Of a stretch of DNA of 32,000 nucleotides, positions 1-8,544 are shown in pieces. Source of the stretch: Geobacter sulfurreducens PCA (GTDB lineage: Bacteria; Desulfobacterota; Desulfuromonadia; Geobacterales; Geobacteraceae). The DNA lies in assembly GCF_000007985.2 (NCBI RefSeq), contig NC_002939.5:1410001-1442000 (forward strand), read 5' to 3'. The stretch's first letter is position 1; each line of letters begins with the position of its first letter. The notes beneath the pieces are model-generated. The model was not told the origin of the DNA and did no database searches. It saw only the letters and a list, made by a program, of their open reading frames with translations. The position numbers and the translations under genes were made by a program.

Positions 1-1
1 A

Positions 2-634
2 ATTGTTGACGACCATAAGATCATGCGCGAGGGGCTCAAGTCGCTTCTTTCGATGGAAAAGGATATCCAGGTGGTCGGTGAGGCCGATAACGGCCGGGCC
101 GCCACCCAGTGCGTGAAGGATCTCGACCCGGACATAGTCCTCATGGATCTCACCATGCCGGAGATGAACGGCATTGATGCGACAAGGCGCATAGCCGCAG
201 ATTATCCCTCGGTCAGGGTTCTCGCCCTTTCCATGCATTCGGATCGTCGCTTCATCGAAGAGGCGCTTTCTGCGGGCGCCCAAGGGTTTCTCCTCAAAGA
301 CTGCGCTTTTGACGAACTGGTCAATGCCATCCACGAAGTGGTTGCCGACCGGTTTTACCTCAGTCCCCGCATTACCGGCGTCGTGATCAAGGACTATCTC
401 GGTCGACGGGGCCGGCCCGAGTCCGCTTCCTCGATTCGCCTCACCCCCCGCGAACGGGAAGTGCTTCAGCTCATTGCCGAGGGCAAGAATACCAAGGAAG
501 TGGCCTTTGCCCTCGATGTCAGCGTCAAGACCGTGGAGTCCCAGCGTATGCAGATCATGCGCAAGCTCAAGACCAACAGTATCGCCGACCTGACCAAGTT
601 CGCCATCCGCGAGGGACTCACCACCCTCGACTGA
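2..634 (+). CDS. NarL/LuxR-family response regulator (REC + HTH), 5' end off window
   Basis: Frame is open from base 2 (IVDDHKIMREG...), so the ATG at 23 is internal. Receiver motifs are present (DIVLMDLTMPEMNG, LALSMH). LuxR HTH at the C-terminus (LTPREREVLQLIAEGKNTKEVA...SVKTVESQR). TGA at 632-634. Confidence 0.9.
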   Translation: MVDDHKIMREGLKSLLSMEKDIQVVGEADNGRAATQCVKDLDPDIVLMDLTMPEMNGIDATRRIAADYPSVRVLALSMHSDRRFIEEALSAGAQGFLLKDCAFDELVNAIHEVVADRFYLSPRITGVVIKDYLGRRGRPESASSIRLTPREREVLQLIAEGKNTKEVAFALDVSVKTVESQRMQIMRKLKTNSIADLTKFAIREGLTTLD

Positions 635-767
635 ACGCTGGTCTTCCTGTCCCGTCAACGACGCTCCGAGCCGGTCAGCTGCAGGCTACGCCATTGCCGC
701 GCCGGCGACAATTCCTCCGTTCCTTTCTATTTCACCTCATCTGCAGTTCTCCCGCCAAATACGCGTT

Positions 768-832
768 TCAGGTAATTCGCCGGTTGTTGTCAGGATAATC
801 CTGATAGTGCACCAGGCTGTGTATACCGATTC
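768..832 (+). promoter_or_regulatory. Putative MCP promoter: 7-1-7 palindrome TCAGGATAATCCTGA plus CCGATT -10-like box
   Basis: Palindrome at 790-804, with a degenerate copy TCAGGTAATTCGC at 768-780 (22 nt upstream). ACCGATTC at 825-832, so CCGAT begins 36 nt after the palindrome start. It lies about 95 nt upstream of the ATG at 928. Confidence 0.45.
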
Positions 833-927
833 GTAATCCATGCGGTGTAAAGATCCGGCTGCAGCCGACGGGATTGTGCCGACACGGCTCCCGCTCATCA
901 GCTACGGCGACTTGCGGAGGAACTGGT

Positions 928-3816
928 ATGCTACAGAACATGCGGATCGGTTTGCGGTTGGGGCTCGGGTTCGGATTAGTGGTTGTGTTGATGGTGATCC
1001 TCGGCGGCATCTCCATCAATAGAATGGCTACCCTGAACACAGACCTTGACATGGTTGTCAAGGATCGCTGGCCCAAAGCGGAGACAACCTTCGGAATCAG
1101 TAGCCAGATCAACGTGGTGGCGCGGGCATTGCGCAACGCAATCCTTCTGGATGATCCAGCAGAGGTTCAGAAGGAGATTGCGCGAATCAACGAAGCTTCG
1201 GTGAGCGTCAGCAAGTCGATGGATGAACTGTCCAAGAGCATCACCAGCGAGGAGGGGAAGGCCAAACTGAAGGCGGTGGAGGCCTCCCGCGCCGCATACC
1301 GGGAGGATCTGCTGAAGCTGGTTGAGTATATCAGGGCCGGCAACAAGTCTGCTGCCCAGAAGATGCTCTTCGGCAGCTACCGCGAAAGGCAGCGAAGCTA
1401 CTTCGATGCCGTTGACGGGTTGACACAGTATCAGGCCAAGCTCCTGGCGGTATCCGGCAAGGAGGCTGAGCAGACCTTCGTTTCCTCCAGAAACATCATC
1501 GTAGCGCTTCTCGTGCTGTCGGCCCTTCTCGCATGTGCCTGCGCCTGGCTCGTGACCCGCTCCATCACCAGACCCATCGGCGCCTGCATGGCCGCTGCGG
1601 GCAGGATCGCCTCCGGCGACACCGACGTGACCCTGGACGTGACGGCGCGTGACGAAACCGGCCTGCTGCAGGTTGAGATGCAGAAGATGGTGGAAGCAAT
1701 CAGGGCGCTGATTGCGGACGCCGACATGCTCTCGCGGGCCGCGGTCGAGGGGCGTCTCGCGACCCGGGCCGATGCGGCTAAGCACCAGGGCGATTTCCGC
1801 AAGATCGTCTCCGGCGTCAACGATACCCTTGATGCGGTCATCACCCCACTCAATGTGGCCGCCGACTACGTGGATCGCATCTCCAGGGGCGACATTCCGC
1901 CCCGGATTACCGATACCTACAACGGAGATTTCAATGAGGTGAAAAACAACCTCAACCGGTGTATCGACGCGCTCAACGGCCTGCTGAGCGACATGAACGA
2001 GATGTCGAAAATGCACGATCTGGGCGACATCGACGTGGTTATGCCCGCTGACAATTACCAGGGCGCTTACCGGATCATGGCCAAGGGCGTGAACGACATG
2101 GTGAACGGTCACATCAGCGTCAAGAAAAAAGCGATGGCCTGCGTGGCCGAGTTCGGCAAAGGGAATTTCGACGCCGAACTGGAAAAGTTTCCCGGCAAAA
2201 AGGCTTTTATCAACGACACGATCGAGGCAGTACGGAGCAATATCAAGAACTTCATCGCCGACATGGGACACATGTCCCAACAGCACGACCTGGGTGACAT
2301 CGACGTTAAAATGCCGGAAGACCAGTACCAGGGGGCCTTCCAGGTCATGGCCAAGGGTGTGAACAACATGGTGGGCGGTCACATCAGCGTCAAGAAGAAG
2401 GCGATGGCCTGCGTGGCCGAGTTCGGCAAAGGGAACTTCAATGCCGACCTCGAAAAGTTCCCCGGCAAAAAGGCATTTATCAACGAGACGATCGAGGGCG
2501 TACGGACCAATCTCAAGTCCTTCGAAGAGCAACTGGGAATCCTGATCACGGCCGCTGCCGACGGCCAACTGGACAAGCGAGCCAACGCGGACCTCTTCGT
2601 GGGAGGCTGGAACCAGCTTGCCCGGGGTGTCAACGATACCATCACCAATATCGTCGAACCGCTGATGGTTACCGCCGATTACGTGGACCGGATCAGCAAG
2701 GGCGATATGCCGCCCCTTATCACCAAGGAATACCGGGGCCAGTACAACATCATCAAACAGAACCTGAATACGCTCATCGATGCCACCAACGGCATCGTTG
2801 CGGCCGCGAAAGAGGTTGCCGGCGGCAACCTGATGGTGGAGCTCAGGGAGCGCTCGGCCAAGGATGAGTTGATGCAGGCCCTTTCCGCAATGGTAAAGAA
2901 GCTCTCCGAGGTCGTGGCCGAGGTGAAGAGCGCCGCCAACAACGTGGCCGCGGGAAGTCGCGAAATGAGTTCCGGCTCCGAGCAGATGAGCCAGGGGGCC
3001 ACCGAGCAGGCGGCTGCCGCGGAAGAGGCGTCGTCAAGCATGGAGGAAATGTCTTCCAATATCAGGCAGAATGCCGATAACGCCTCCCAGACGGAGCGGA
3101 TCGCCATCAAGAGCGCCCAGGACGCCCGCGACGGCGGCAAGGCGGTGGCCGAAACCGTCACCGCCATGAAGGATATCGCCTCGAAGATATCGATCATCGA
3201 GGAGATTGCTCGCCAGACGAATCTCCTGGCACTGAACGCGGCCATCGAGGCGGCCCGCGCCGGCGAGCACGGCAAGGGATTCGCGGTGGTGGCGGCCGAG
3301 GTCAGAAAGCTTGCCGAGCGGAGCCAGAAGGCTGCCGGCGAGATCAGTGACCTGTCGGCCTCCAGCGTGGAGGTGGCGGAGAAGGCCGGCGAGATGCTGG
3401 GTCGAATCGTGCCCGACATTCAGAAAACCGCGGAACTGGTCCAGGAGATCAGTGCAGCCAGCAAGGAACAGGACACAGGCGCCGAGCAGATCAACCGGGC
3501 CATCCAGCAACTGGACCAGGTGATCCAGCAGAATGCCAGCGCAGCCGAAGAAATGGCATCCACGGCAGAAGAACTGTCTGCCCAATCGGAACAGCTCCAG
3601 TCGATCATTTCCTTCTTCCGGGTCGATAGCTCGGCGCAGTCCTCCAGTGCGATTGCGGCTGCAAAGCCTGCGGCGAAAAAGCCGGCCCTTGCCCACGCGC
3701 CGGCCAACGGGTACCACAAGGCAAATCAGGCTCCGGCCAAGAAGGTGGCACATGCAGGACTCAACCTCAATCTTGAAGGGGGAGATCACCTGGATTCCGA
3801 GTTCGAAACGTTCTAG
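928..3816 (+). CDS. Methyl-accepting chemotaxis protein (long, multi-HAMP-like, internally repeated)
   Basis: GGAGG at 916-920, then ATG 928 ([29 protein letters not shown] helix). The track start at 874 is an upstream extension. A second TM lies near residue 200, followed by a long cytoplasmic insert of repeated modules. Canonical MCP hairpin [42 protein letters not shown]. Ends in EFETF. Confidence 0.93.
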   Translation: MLQNMRIGLRLGLGFGLVVVLMVILGGISINRMATLNTDLDMVVKDRWPKAETTFGISSQINVVARALRNAILLDDPAEVQKEIARINEASVSVSKSMDELSKSITSEEGKAKLKAVEASRAAYREDLLKLVEYIRAGNKSAAQKMLFGSYRERQRSYFDAVDGLTQYQAKLLAVSGKEAEQTFVSSRNIIVALLVLSALLACACAWLVTRSITRPIGACMAAAGRIASGDTDVTLDVTARDETGLLQVEMQKMVEAIRALIADADMLSRAAVEGRLATRADAAKHQGDFRKIVSGVNDTLDAVITPLNVAADYVDRISRGDIPPRITDTYNGDFNEVKNNLNRCIDALNGLLSDMNEMSKMHDLGDIDVVMPADNYQGAYRIMAKGVNDMVNGHISVKKKAMACVAEFGKGNFDAELEKFPGKKAFINDTIEAVRSNIKNFIADMGHMSQQHDLGDIDVKMPEDQYQGAFQVMAKGVNNMVGGHISVKKKAMACVAEFGKGNFNADLEKFPGKKAFINETIEGVRTNLKSFEEQLGILITAAADGQLDKRANADLFVGGWNQLARGVNDTITNIVEPLMVTADYVDRISKGDMPPLITKEYRGQYNIIKQNLNTLIDATNGIVAAAKEVAGGNLMVELRERSAKDELMQALSAMVKKLSEVVAEVKSAANNVAAGSREMSSGSEQMSQGATEQAAAAEEASSSMEEMSSNIRQNADNASQTERIAIKSAQDARDGGKAVAETVTAMKDIASKISIIEEIARQTNLLALNAAIEAARAGEHGKGFAVVAAEVRKLAERSQKAAGEISDLSASSVEVAEKAGEMLGRIVPDIQKTAELVQEISAASKEQDTGAEQINRAIQQLDQVIQQNASAAEEMASTAEELSAQSEQLQSIISFFRVDSSAQSSSAIAAAKPAAKKPALAHAPANGYHKANQAPAKKVAHAGLNLNLEGGDHLDSEFETF
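2002..2541 (+). repeat. In-frame tandem duplication, 2 x 270 bp (2 x 90 aa), inside the MCP
   Basis: Unit 1 (2002-2271) is [75 protein letters not shown]. Unit 2 (2272-2541) is [75 protein letters not shown]. Long runs are identical at the nucleotide level. Confidence 0.9.
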
Positions 3817-3888
3817 ACCCTCTGCAATCGGAACGTTCCCTGCCGGTGGGTCCGGCTTCGAACAGGGAAGGGGACGTTCATATGTCAT

Positions 3889-3932
3889 GACTCCATCCGC
3901 CGGTTTAAGCTGTTCGGCGGATGGAGTCTTTT
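3889..3932 (+). terminator. Rho-independent terminator after MCP 928-3816
   Basis: 14-bp perfect stem GACTCCATCCGCCG (3889-3902) / CGGCGGATGGAGTC (3915-3928), followed by TTTT. Confidence 0.8.
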
Positions 3933-4018
3933 GCCATTGATGTTGCAGGTCGGGTTTCTGGGGTTCGGCATTACCCTCTGCTTTGCAGAGGCATTCCCAC
4001 TGTCAGGAGTAGTTTTTG

Positions 4019-4738
4019 ATGTATCGTCGTATCCTTGCCTTGCTGATGGTCCTGGCGGCATTCATCGGGAACGTCCACGGCGCAACGCTTGAACTGAGCA
4101 CGTCCGATGCTCCCCCCTACTCGACCCCGGACGGCAGCGGGCTCGCCGACCGGATTGTCCTGGAGGCATTCCGGCGGACCGGGGTGACGGTTAAAATTGT
4201 GGCAGCTCCCTCGGAGCGCTCACTGGTCAATGCGAATCTGGGGATCGTGGACGGCGAATATCTCCGCATTTCCGGGATCGAGAAAATGTATCCCAATCTG
4301 GTTATGGTTCCGGAATCCATCTGTGAGAATGAGTTCACAGCCTTTGCCAGAGACCCGGCTATCAAGCTCAAGGGGTGGGAGAGCCTTGGCCCCTATTCGG
4401 TGGGTTTCATTACCGGTTGGAAGCTTCTTGAGGAAAACGTCGCAAAGGTCAAGTCTCTGACCAAGGTGAAGGATGACGAGGCGTTGTTCGACCTGCTCGC
4501 CAATGGCAGGATTGACATCGCCATCTTCGACCGGCGCAGGGGAGAGGCGTACCTCAAACATAGCCGGGAACGGGGAGTGCGTCCGCTTACTCCACCCCTT
4601 GCCCGGCGCACCATGTATCTCTATCTCAACAGAAAGCACGCGGCACTCGTCCCGATCCTGGCCGGCGCTCTCAGCCAGATGAAGCGGGACGGGTCGATCA
4701 GGCGGATCATGATTTCGGCCCTCGGAACCGCAGACTGA
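4019..4738 (+). CDS. Periplasmic solute-binding protein (family-3 / PBPb-like)
   Basis: AGGAG at 4005-4009, then ATG 4019 (a TTG at 4016 is an alternative start). Signal peptide MYRRILALLMVLAAFIGNVHG. The stop lies 4 nt before the kinase ATG at 4743, which suggests an operon and translational coupling. Confidence 0.8.
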   Translation: MYRRILALLMVLAAFIGNVHGATLELSTSDAPPYSTPDGSGLADRIVLEAFRRTGVTVKIVAAPSERSLVNANLGIVDGEYLRISGIEKMYPNLVMVPESICENEFTAFARDPAIKLKGWESLGPYSVGFITGWKLLEENVAKVKSLTKVKDDEALFDLLANGRIDIAIFDRRRGEAYLKHSRERGVRPLTPPLARRTMYLYLNRKHAALVPILAGALSQMKRDGSIRRIMISALGTAD

Positions 4739-4742
4739 CTCG

Positions 4743-6923
4743 ATGTCGACAGCAACTCTTCCACATACTGTCGGTAAACGATTGTTCCGCCAGACCCTTC
4801 TGCTGGCCCTGGCCCTCAGTGTCGTGTTTTCGGCTGTTTTCACGGTCGTCGAATACTACCGCAGTAAGGTTTCCCTTAACGAGTCCGTTGAGCTTCTGAA
4901 AAAGACCCACCTGGATGCCATAACCGCCGCTCTCTGGAGCCTCGACCGCCAACAGATCGCGGCCCAGATCGACGGAATACACCACTATCCTTTCATCAGC
5001 TACGTGGCCGTGGTCGATCAGGGCGGGGTCGTCGTAGAATCCGGCACCAGAAGCGAACTGTTCGGCGATGTCCGCAGAATAGATCTCACTGCGACCTACA
5101 ACGGACGTCAGGTGTCCCTGGGGTCCCTCTACCTGGAGATCGACCGCCAGGCCATCATGCGCGATGCCCTGTCCACCGCGGCCGTAACCCTGCTGTTCCA
5201 GACCCTGACCATTACCATCGTGATGCTGTTCACCTTCATGCTTTTCGAGCGCCAGGTAACCCGCCATCTGGCTGCTGCTGCGGACTACTTCACCTCCTTC
5301 GGTTTCGCCCGGGTGCAGCAGCCGCTCCAGTTGGACAAGCACCGGTACGGGGACGAGATCGACGCGCTGGTGGAGGCGTTCAACAGGATGCGGGAATCCC
5401 TGGCCGTTGCCTATCAGCAGCAGCAGGGGATGCTCCAGGCGGTGCGCGAGAGCGAGGCGTTGCTGCGGGCAATTGCCCGCAGGATACCGAACGGCGGAGT
5501 GTGGGTGGTGGACACTGATGGTCGCTATATTATGTTCGAGGGGAGCCTCGTTGAGTCCCTCGGCCTGAGCGGTCAGGAGGCGTTGGGGCGCATGCCGGGC
5601 GACCTGTTCGGAGAGCCGCTTGCCGACCGGCTGGTGGGCTGTTATCGCCTGGCGCTTGCCGGGGGAACCCTGAGCGAGGAAATCGAGTACCGGGAACGGG
5701 TGCTGTGGATCCAGTTCGCCCCTCTTGAGGACGAACACGGCGCAGTGATGGCCGCCGTGGCCCTCGGTATTGATGTGACCGAACGGCGCCAAGCCGAGGC
5801 GGAGCGGCGGGAGATGCTGCAGCGGCTGGGCCAGGCCCACAAGATGGAGGCAGTTGGCCGGCTTGCCGGGGGTATCGCCCACGACTACAACAACAAGCTC
5901 ACGGTGATTCTCGGCTACGCCCACGTGCTCAAGCTCACCGGCTTCCAGAGCAAGGAGGCCCCCGAACAGCTCGATCAGATCATCAGGGCGGCTGAGCATT
6001 CCCGCGACATCACCCGCCAACTGCTGGCGTTTACCCGTAGTGAGCGGGTTAATCCCGTCAGGGTCGATCTGAACCGGCTCATCTCCCAGAGCAGCAAATC
6101 CCTGACCCGTCTGATCGGAGAGGACATAACCCTCAGCCATGTGGCCGGCGCAGATCTGTGGCCGGTGCGGATCGATCCGACCCAGGCCGATCAACTCCTC
6201 ATGAACCTGGTGATGAACGCCCGCGACGCCATAGCGGGCACCGGCAGTGTCACCATCGCGACCTCGAATGTCGTGCTTGACAGGGCAACGGTCAGGCATC
6301 TGCAAGGCGCGTCGCCTGGAGAATACGTTCTGATGACGGTAAGTGATACGGGTTGCGGCATGGACCCCGAGGTGATGGAACATATCTTCGAGCCATTTTA
6401 CACGACTAAGGAAATGGGAAAAGGAACCGGCCTCGGACTCGCCACGGTTTACGGGATTGTGCGTCAGAACGGCGGTGCCATCAGCGTTGAGAGCGAGCCC
6501 GGCGGGGGATCGGTCTTTTCCATCTATTTGCCGCGCTTTGTGGGTGAGTCGCACGATGTTCGCCGGCTCGGCGAGGTCGACGAAACTCTCCCCGCCAGGA
6601 CCACGCTTCTGGTGGATGACGACGACGCCGTGCGGGATATCACCGCACTGATGTTGCGGCGGCTCGGTCATACCGTCATAACCGCATCCGATCCCGACGA
6701 GGCAATCCACCTCTGTCAGCAGCCCGGCATAGTCGTCGATTTGATCCTCACCGATGTCATCATGCCGTCCATGAACGGCCGGGAGATGGTCCGGTCTATC
6801 CTGTCCCACCAGAAAGCGGCCAAAGTTCTCTATATGTCCGGCTACCCGGCGGACGTCGTAGAAGGGCGAGGCGCGGTCGACGCCGATGCGCGTCTCCTTA
6901 GCAGGCTGTTGAAATTGAAATAG
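4743..6923 (+). CDS. Hybrid sensor histidine kinase (2-TM sensor, PAS, HisKA, HATPase, REC); 3' end displaced by an IS insertion
   Basis: H-box GGIAHDYNNKLTVI. N and G boxes NLVMNARDA, DTGCGM, GTGLGLA. Receiver motifs LLVDDDDAVRD and DLILTDVIMPSMNG. The native sequence ends at 6901 and the frame then runs into the IS left end (SRLLKLK, stop at 6921-6923). Confidence 0.9.
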   Translation: MSTATLPHTVGKRLFRQTLLLALALSVVFSAVFTVVEYYRSKVSLNESVELLKKTHLDAITAALWSLDRQQIAAQIDGIHHYPFISYVAVVDQGGVVVESGTRSELFGDVRRIDLTATYNGRQVSLGSLYLEIDRQAIMRDALSTAAVTLLFQTLTITIVMLFTFMLFERQVTRHLAAAADYFTSFGFARVQQPLQLDKHRYGDEIDALVEAFNRMRESLAVAYQQQQGMLQAVRESEALLRAIARRIPNGGVWVVDTDGRYIMFEGSLVESLGLSGQEALGRMPGDLFGEPLADRLVGCYRLALAGGTLSEEIEYRERVLWIQFAPLEDEHGAVMAAVALGIDVTERRQAEAERREMLQRLGQAHKMEAVGRLAGGIAHDYNNKLTVILGYAHVLKLTGFQSKEAPEQLDQIIRAAEHSRDITRQLLAFTRSERVNPVRVDLNRLISQSSKSLTRLIGEDITLSHVAGADLWPVRIDPTQADQLLMNLVMNARDAIAGTGSVTIATSNVVLDRATVRHLQGASPGEYVLMTVSDTGCGMDPEVMEHIFEPFYTTKEMGKGTGLGLATVYGIVRQNGGAISVESEPGGGSVFSIYLPRFVGESHDVRRLGEVDETLPARTTLLVDDDDAVRDITALMLRRLGHTVITASDPDEAIHLCQQPGIVVDLILTDVIMPSMNGREMVRSILSHQKAAKVLYMSGYPADVVEGRGAVDADARLLSRLLKLK
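6898..6914. repeat. Target-site duplication TTAG (6898-6901) plus IS left inverted repeat CAGGCTGTTGAAA (6902-6914)
   Basis: The reverse complement of 8208-8220 is identical to 6902-6914 (13/13). TTAG recurs at 8221-8224. Confidence 0.85.
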
Positions 6924-8220
6924 AGAAAACAGCCTATTTGTGGTACATTGTCGCGCATAACGCTCTACAATTATTGAGGAAAGTTATGCGCGGCTTTGAC
7001 AGCAACACAGAAGCTCTCTTTACCTATGTGACACCTGAATCCTTTGTCCCGAAGGACCACCCCTTGCGGGCCATCCGTAAAATGGCCGACGAAGCCCTGG
7101 CAGGGATGGACAAGCTCTTTGACAGCATGTACGCCACAACCGGCCGCTCCTCAATCCCACCGGAGAAGCTCTTGAAAGCCCAACTGCTGATGATCCTCTA
7201 CTCCATCCGCAGCAACCGGCAGTTGGTAGAGCAGATCCATTACAACTTCCTGTTCCGCTGGTTCCTCGGCATGGGCTTGGACGAGAAAGTCTGGGATCAT
7301 TCCAGCTTTACCAAGAACAGTGACCGATTGATTGGCTCCGAAGTTGCCGCCGAGTTTCTTTCCCGGGTTCTGGCCCAGGCAGAGCGTAAGCGACTGTTGT
7401 CCCGCGAACACTTCACCGTTGACGGAACTCTCATCGAAGCCTGGGCTTCCATCAAGAGCTTCAAGCCCAAGGATGGACCTCCTTCAGCCGGTGGTGGCGG
7501 CAGAAACGATACCGTGGATTTCAAGGGACAGAAACTTACCAACGAAACCCATGGTTCCACCACTGACCCTGATGCCCGGCTCTACCGCAAGGGGAAGAAC
7601 AAGGAAGCCAAGCTCTGCTACCAGGGACATACCCTGATGGAGAATCGTAGTGGCCTCATCATCAGGACCAAGGTGACAACGGCAACCGGTTGCGGTGAGC
7701 GCGACGCAGCAAAGGCCATGGTGCAGCAATTGCCAAGGACGACCCGACGGATCACTCTTGGCTGCGACAAAGGCTACGACACAGAATCATTCGTCAAAGA
7801 GCTGCGTAGGCTAAAGATAACGCCACACGTGGCCCAGAACACCTCCAACAGGAAATCGGCCATCGACGGCAGAACCACCAAGCATCCGAACTACACCATC
7901 AGCCAGAAGATCAGGAAACGAATCGAAGAAGGCTTTGGCTGGATGAAGACCGTGGGCAGCTTACGCAAGACGATGTACCGGGGAATCGAGAAGATCGCCA
8001 TGCAACTTGATCTGCACGCTGCGGCCTACAACCTGGTTCGGATGAAAAACCTGGGTCTCGGTGTCACCTGAGAGGGGAAAACCAGGCTACATCAGCAGTA
8101 TATGAGGTTGATAAAGAGCAAAAAGAACGAGAAACAAAGGTTCTGAGCAACAAAACTGATTCAAAAAAAAACGAACTGCAAAGTTCAGCAAGTCAAATGG
8201 GGCCGATTTTCAACAGCCTG
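6902..8220 (+). mobile_element. IS5-family insertion sequence, 1319 bp, apparently intact
   Basis: 13-bp perfect terminal inverted repeats, a 4-bp direct repeat TTAG (fits the IS5 YTAR target) and a single DDE transposase ORF. GC content is visibly lower than in the flanks. Confidence 0.88.
6986..8071 (+). CDS. IS5-family DDE transposase
   Basis: GAGG at 6976-6979, then ATG 6986 (MRGFDSNTEALF...). The track start at 6938 is non-ATG. InsH/DUF772-type N-terminus (NFLFRWFLGMGLDEKVWDHSSFTKN). DDE_Tnp_1-type C-terminus with CDKGYD and R-x3-E-x6-K (RKRIEEGFGWMK). Confidence 0.9.
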   Translation: MRGFDSNTEALFTYVTPESFVPKDHPLRAIRKMADEALAGMDKLFDSMYATTGRSSIPPEKLLKAQLLMILYSIRSNRQLVEQIHYNFLFRWFLGMGLDEKVWDHSSFTKNSDRLIGSEVAAEFLSRVLAQAERKRLLSREHFTVDGTLIEAWASIKSFKPKDGPPSAGGGGRNDTVDFKGQKLTNETHGSTTDPDARLYRKGKNKEAKLCYQGHTLMENRSGLIIRTKVTTATGCGERDAAKAMVQQLPRTTRRITLGCDKGYDTESFVKELRRLKITPHVAQNTSNRKSAIDGRTTKHPNYTISQKIRKRIEEGFGWMKTVGSLRKTMYRGIEKIAMQLDLHAAAYNLVRMKNLGLGVT

Positions 8221-8224
8221 TTAG
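8208..8224. repeat. IS right inverted repeat (8208-8220) plus target-site duplication TTAG (8221-8224)
   Basis: See the left-end feature; these are its reverse-complement and direct-repeat partners. Confidence 0.85.
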
Positions 8225-8288
8225 GAAGCCCTTTGCCCTGGACGCCCTGAGAGAGCACATAGGCAAGGCCATGCTCGCCGGCACCTGA
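8225..8288 (+). pseudogene. Orphaned 3' end of the histidine kinase receiver domain
   Basis: Deleting 6902-8224 joins ...DADARLL to RKPFALDALREHIGKAMLAGT, with a stop at 8286-8288, in the frame of the 4743 ORF. KPF is the conserved receiver beta5 lysine motif. Confidence 0.85.
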
Positions 8289-8441
8289 CAGCCTTTCCTC
8301 TCACATAATCCCCCATTCATATCTGCGGTCCTCATTACTGAGCCTCTTCATCTTCCGCGCCCCTCTCGTCATGCTTACCATTTATCTGGTGTAGATAAAA
8401 AGACCGTAATGAACCGATGTAGGGAATTGGGAGGCAGGTTG

Positions 8442-8483
8442 TCAGGGATTTCCCTATATTCCTGTAAACGGTTTTCCCGATAG
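8442..8483 (+). promoter_or_regulatory. Putative MCP promoter: TCAGGGATTTCCCTA element plus CCCGATAG -10-like box
   Basis: Element at 8442-8456. CCGATA at 8477-8482, exactly 35 nt after the element start. Half-site AGGGAATT at 8421-8428. It lies 62 nt upstream of the ATG at 8545. Confidence 0.5.
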
Positions 8484-8544
8484 GTATACACAGAGCAGGC
8501 AAAGTTCATGTGCTGATAAGTTACGCCAAGCAAAGGAGGATAAT

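Noticed and set aside
976-2568. 530-aa minus-strand ORF, together with other long antisense ORFs such as 2679-3419, 3034-3888, 8686-10269, 16418-17917 and 18775-19860.
   Set aside because: All lie antisense to MCP genes that have unmistakable family motifs. The translations are low-complexity (rich in R, G, H and L) and lack RBSs. They are typical GC-rich shadow frames.
4707-6809. 700-aa minus-strand ORF opposite the hybrid kinase.
   Set aside because: The plus-strand frame carries complete PAS, HisKA, HATPase and REC motifs. The minus-strand product has no recognisable features.
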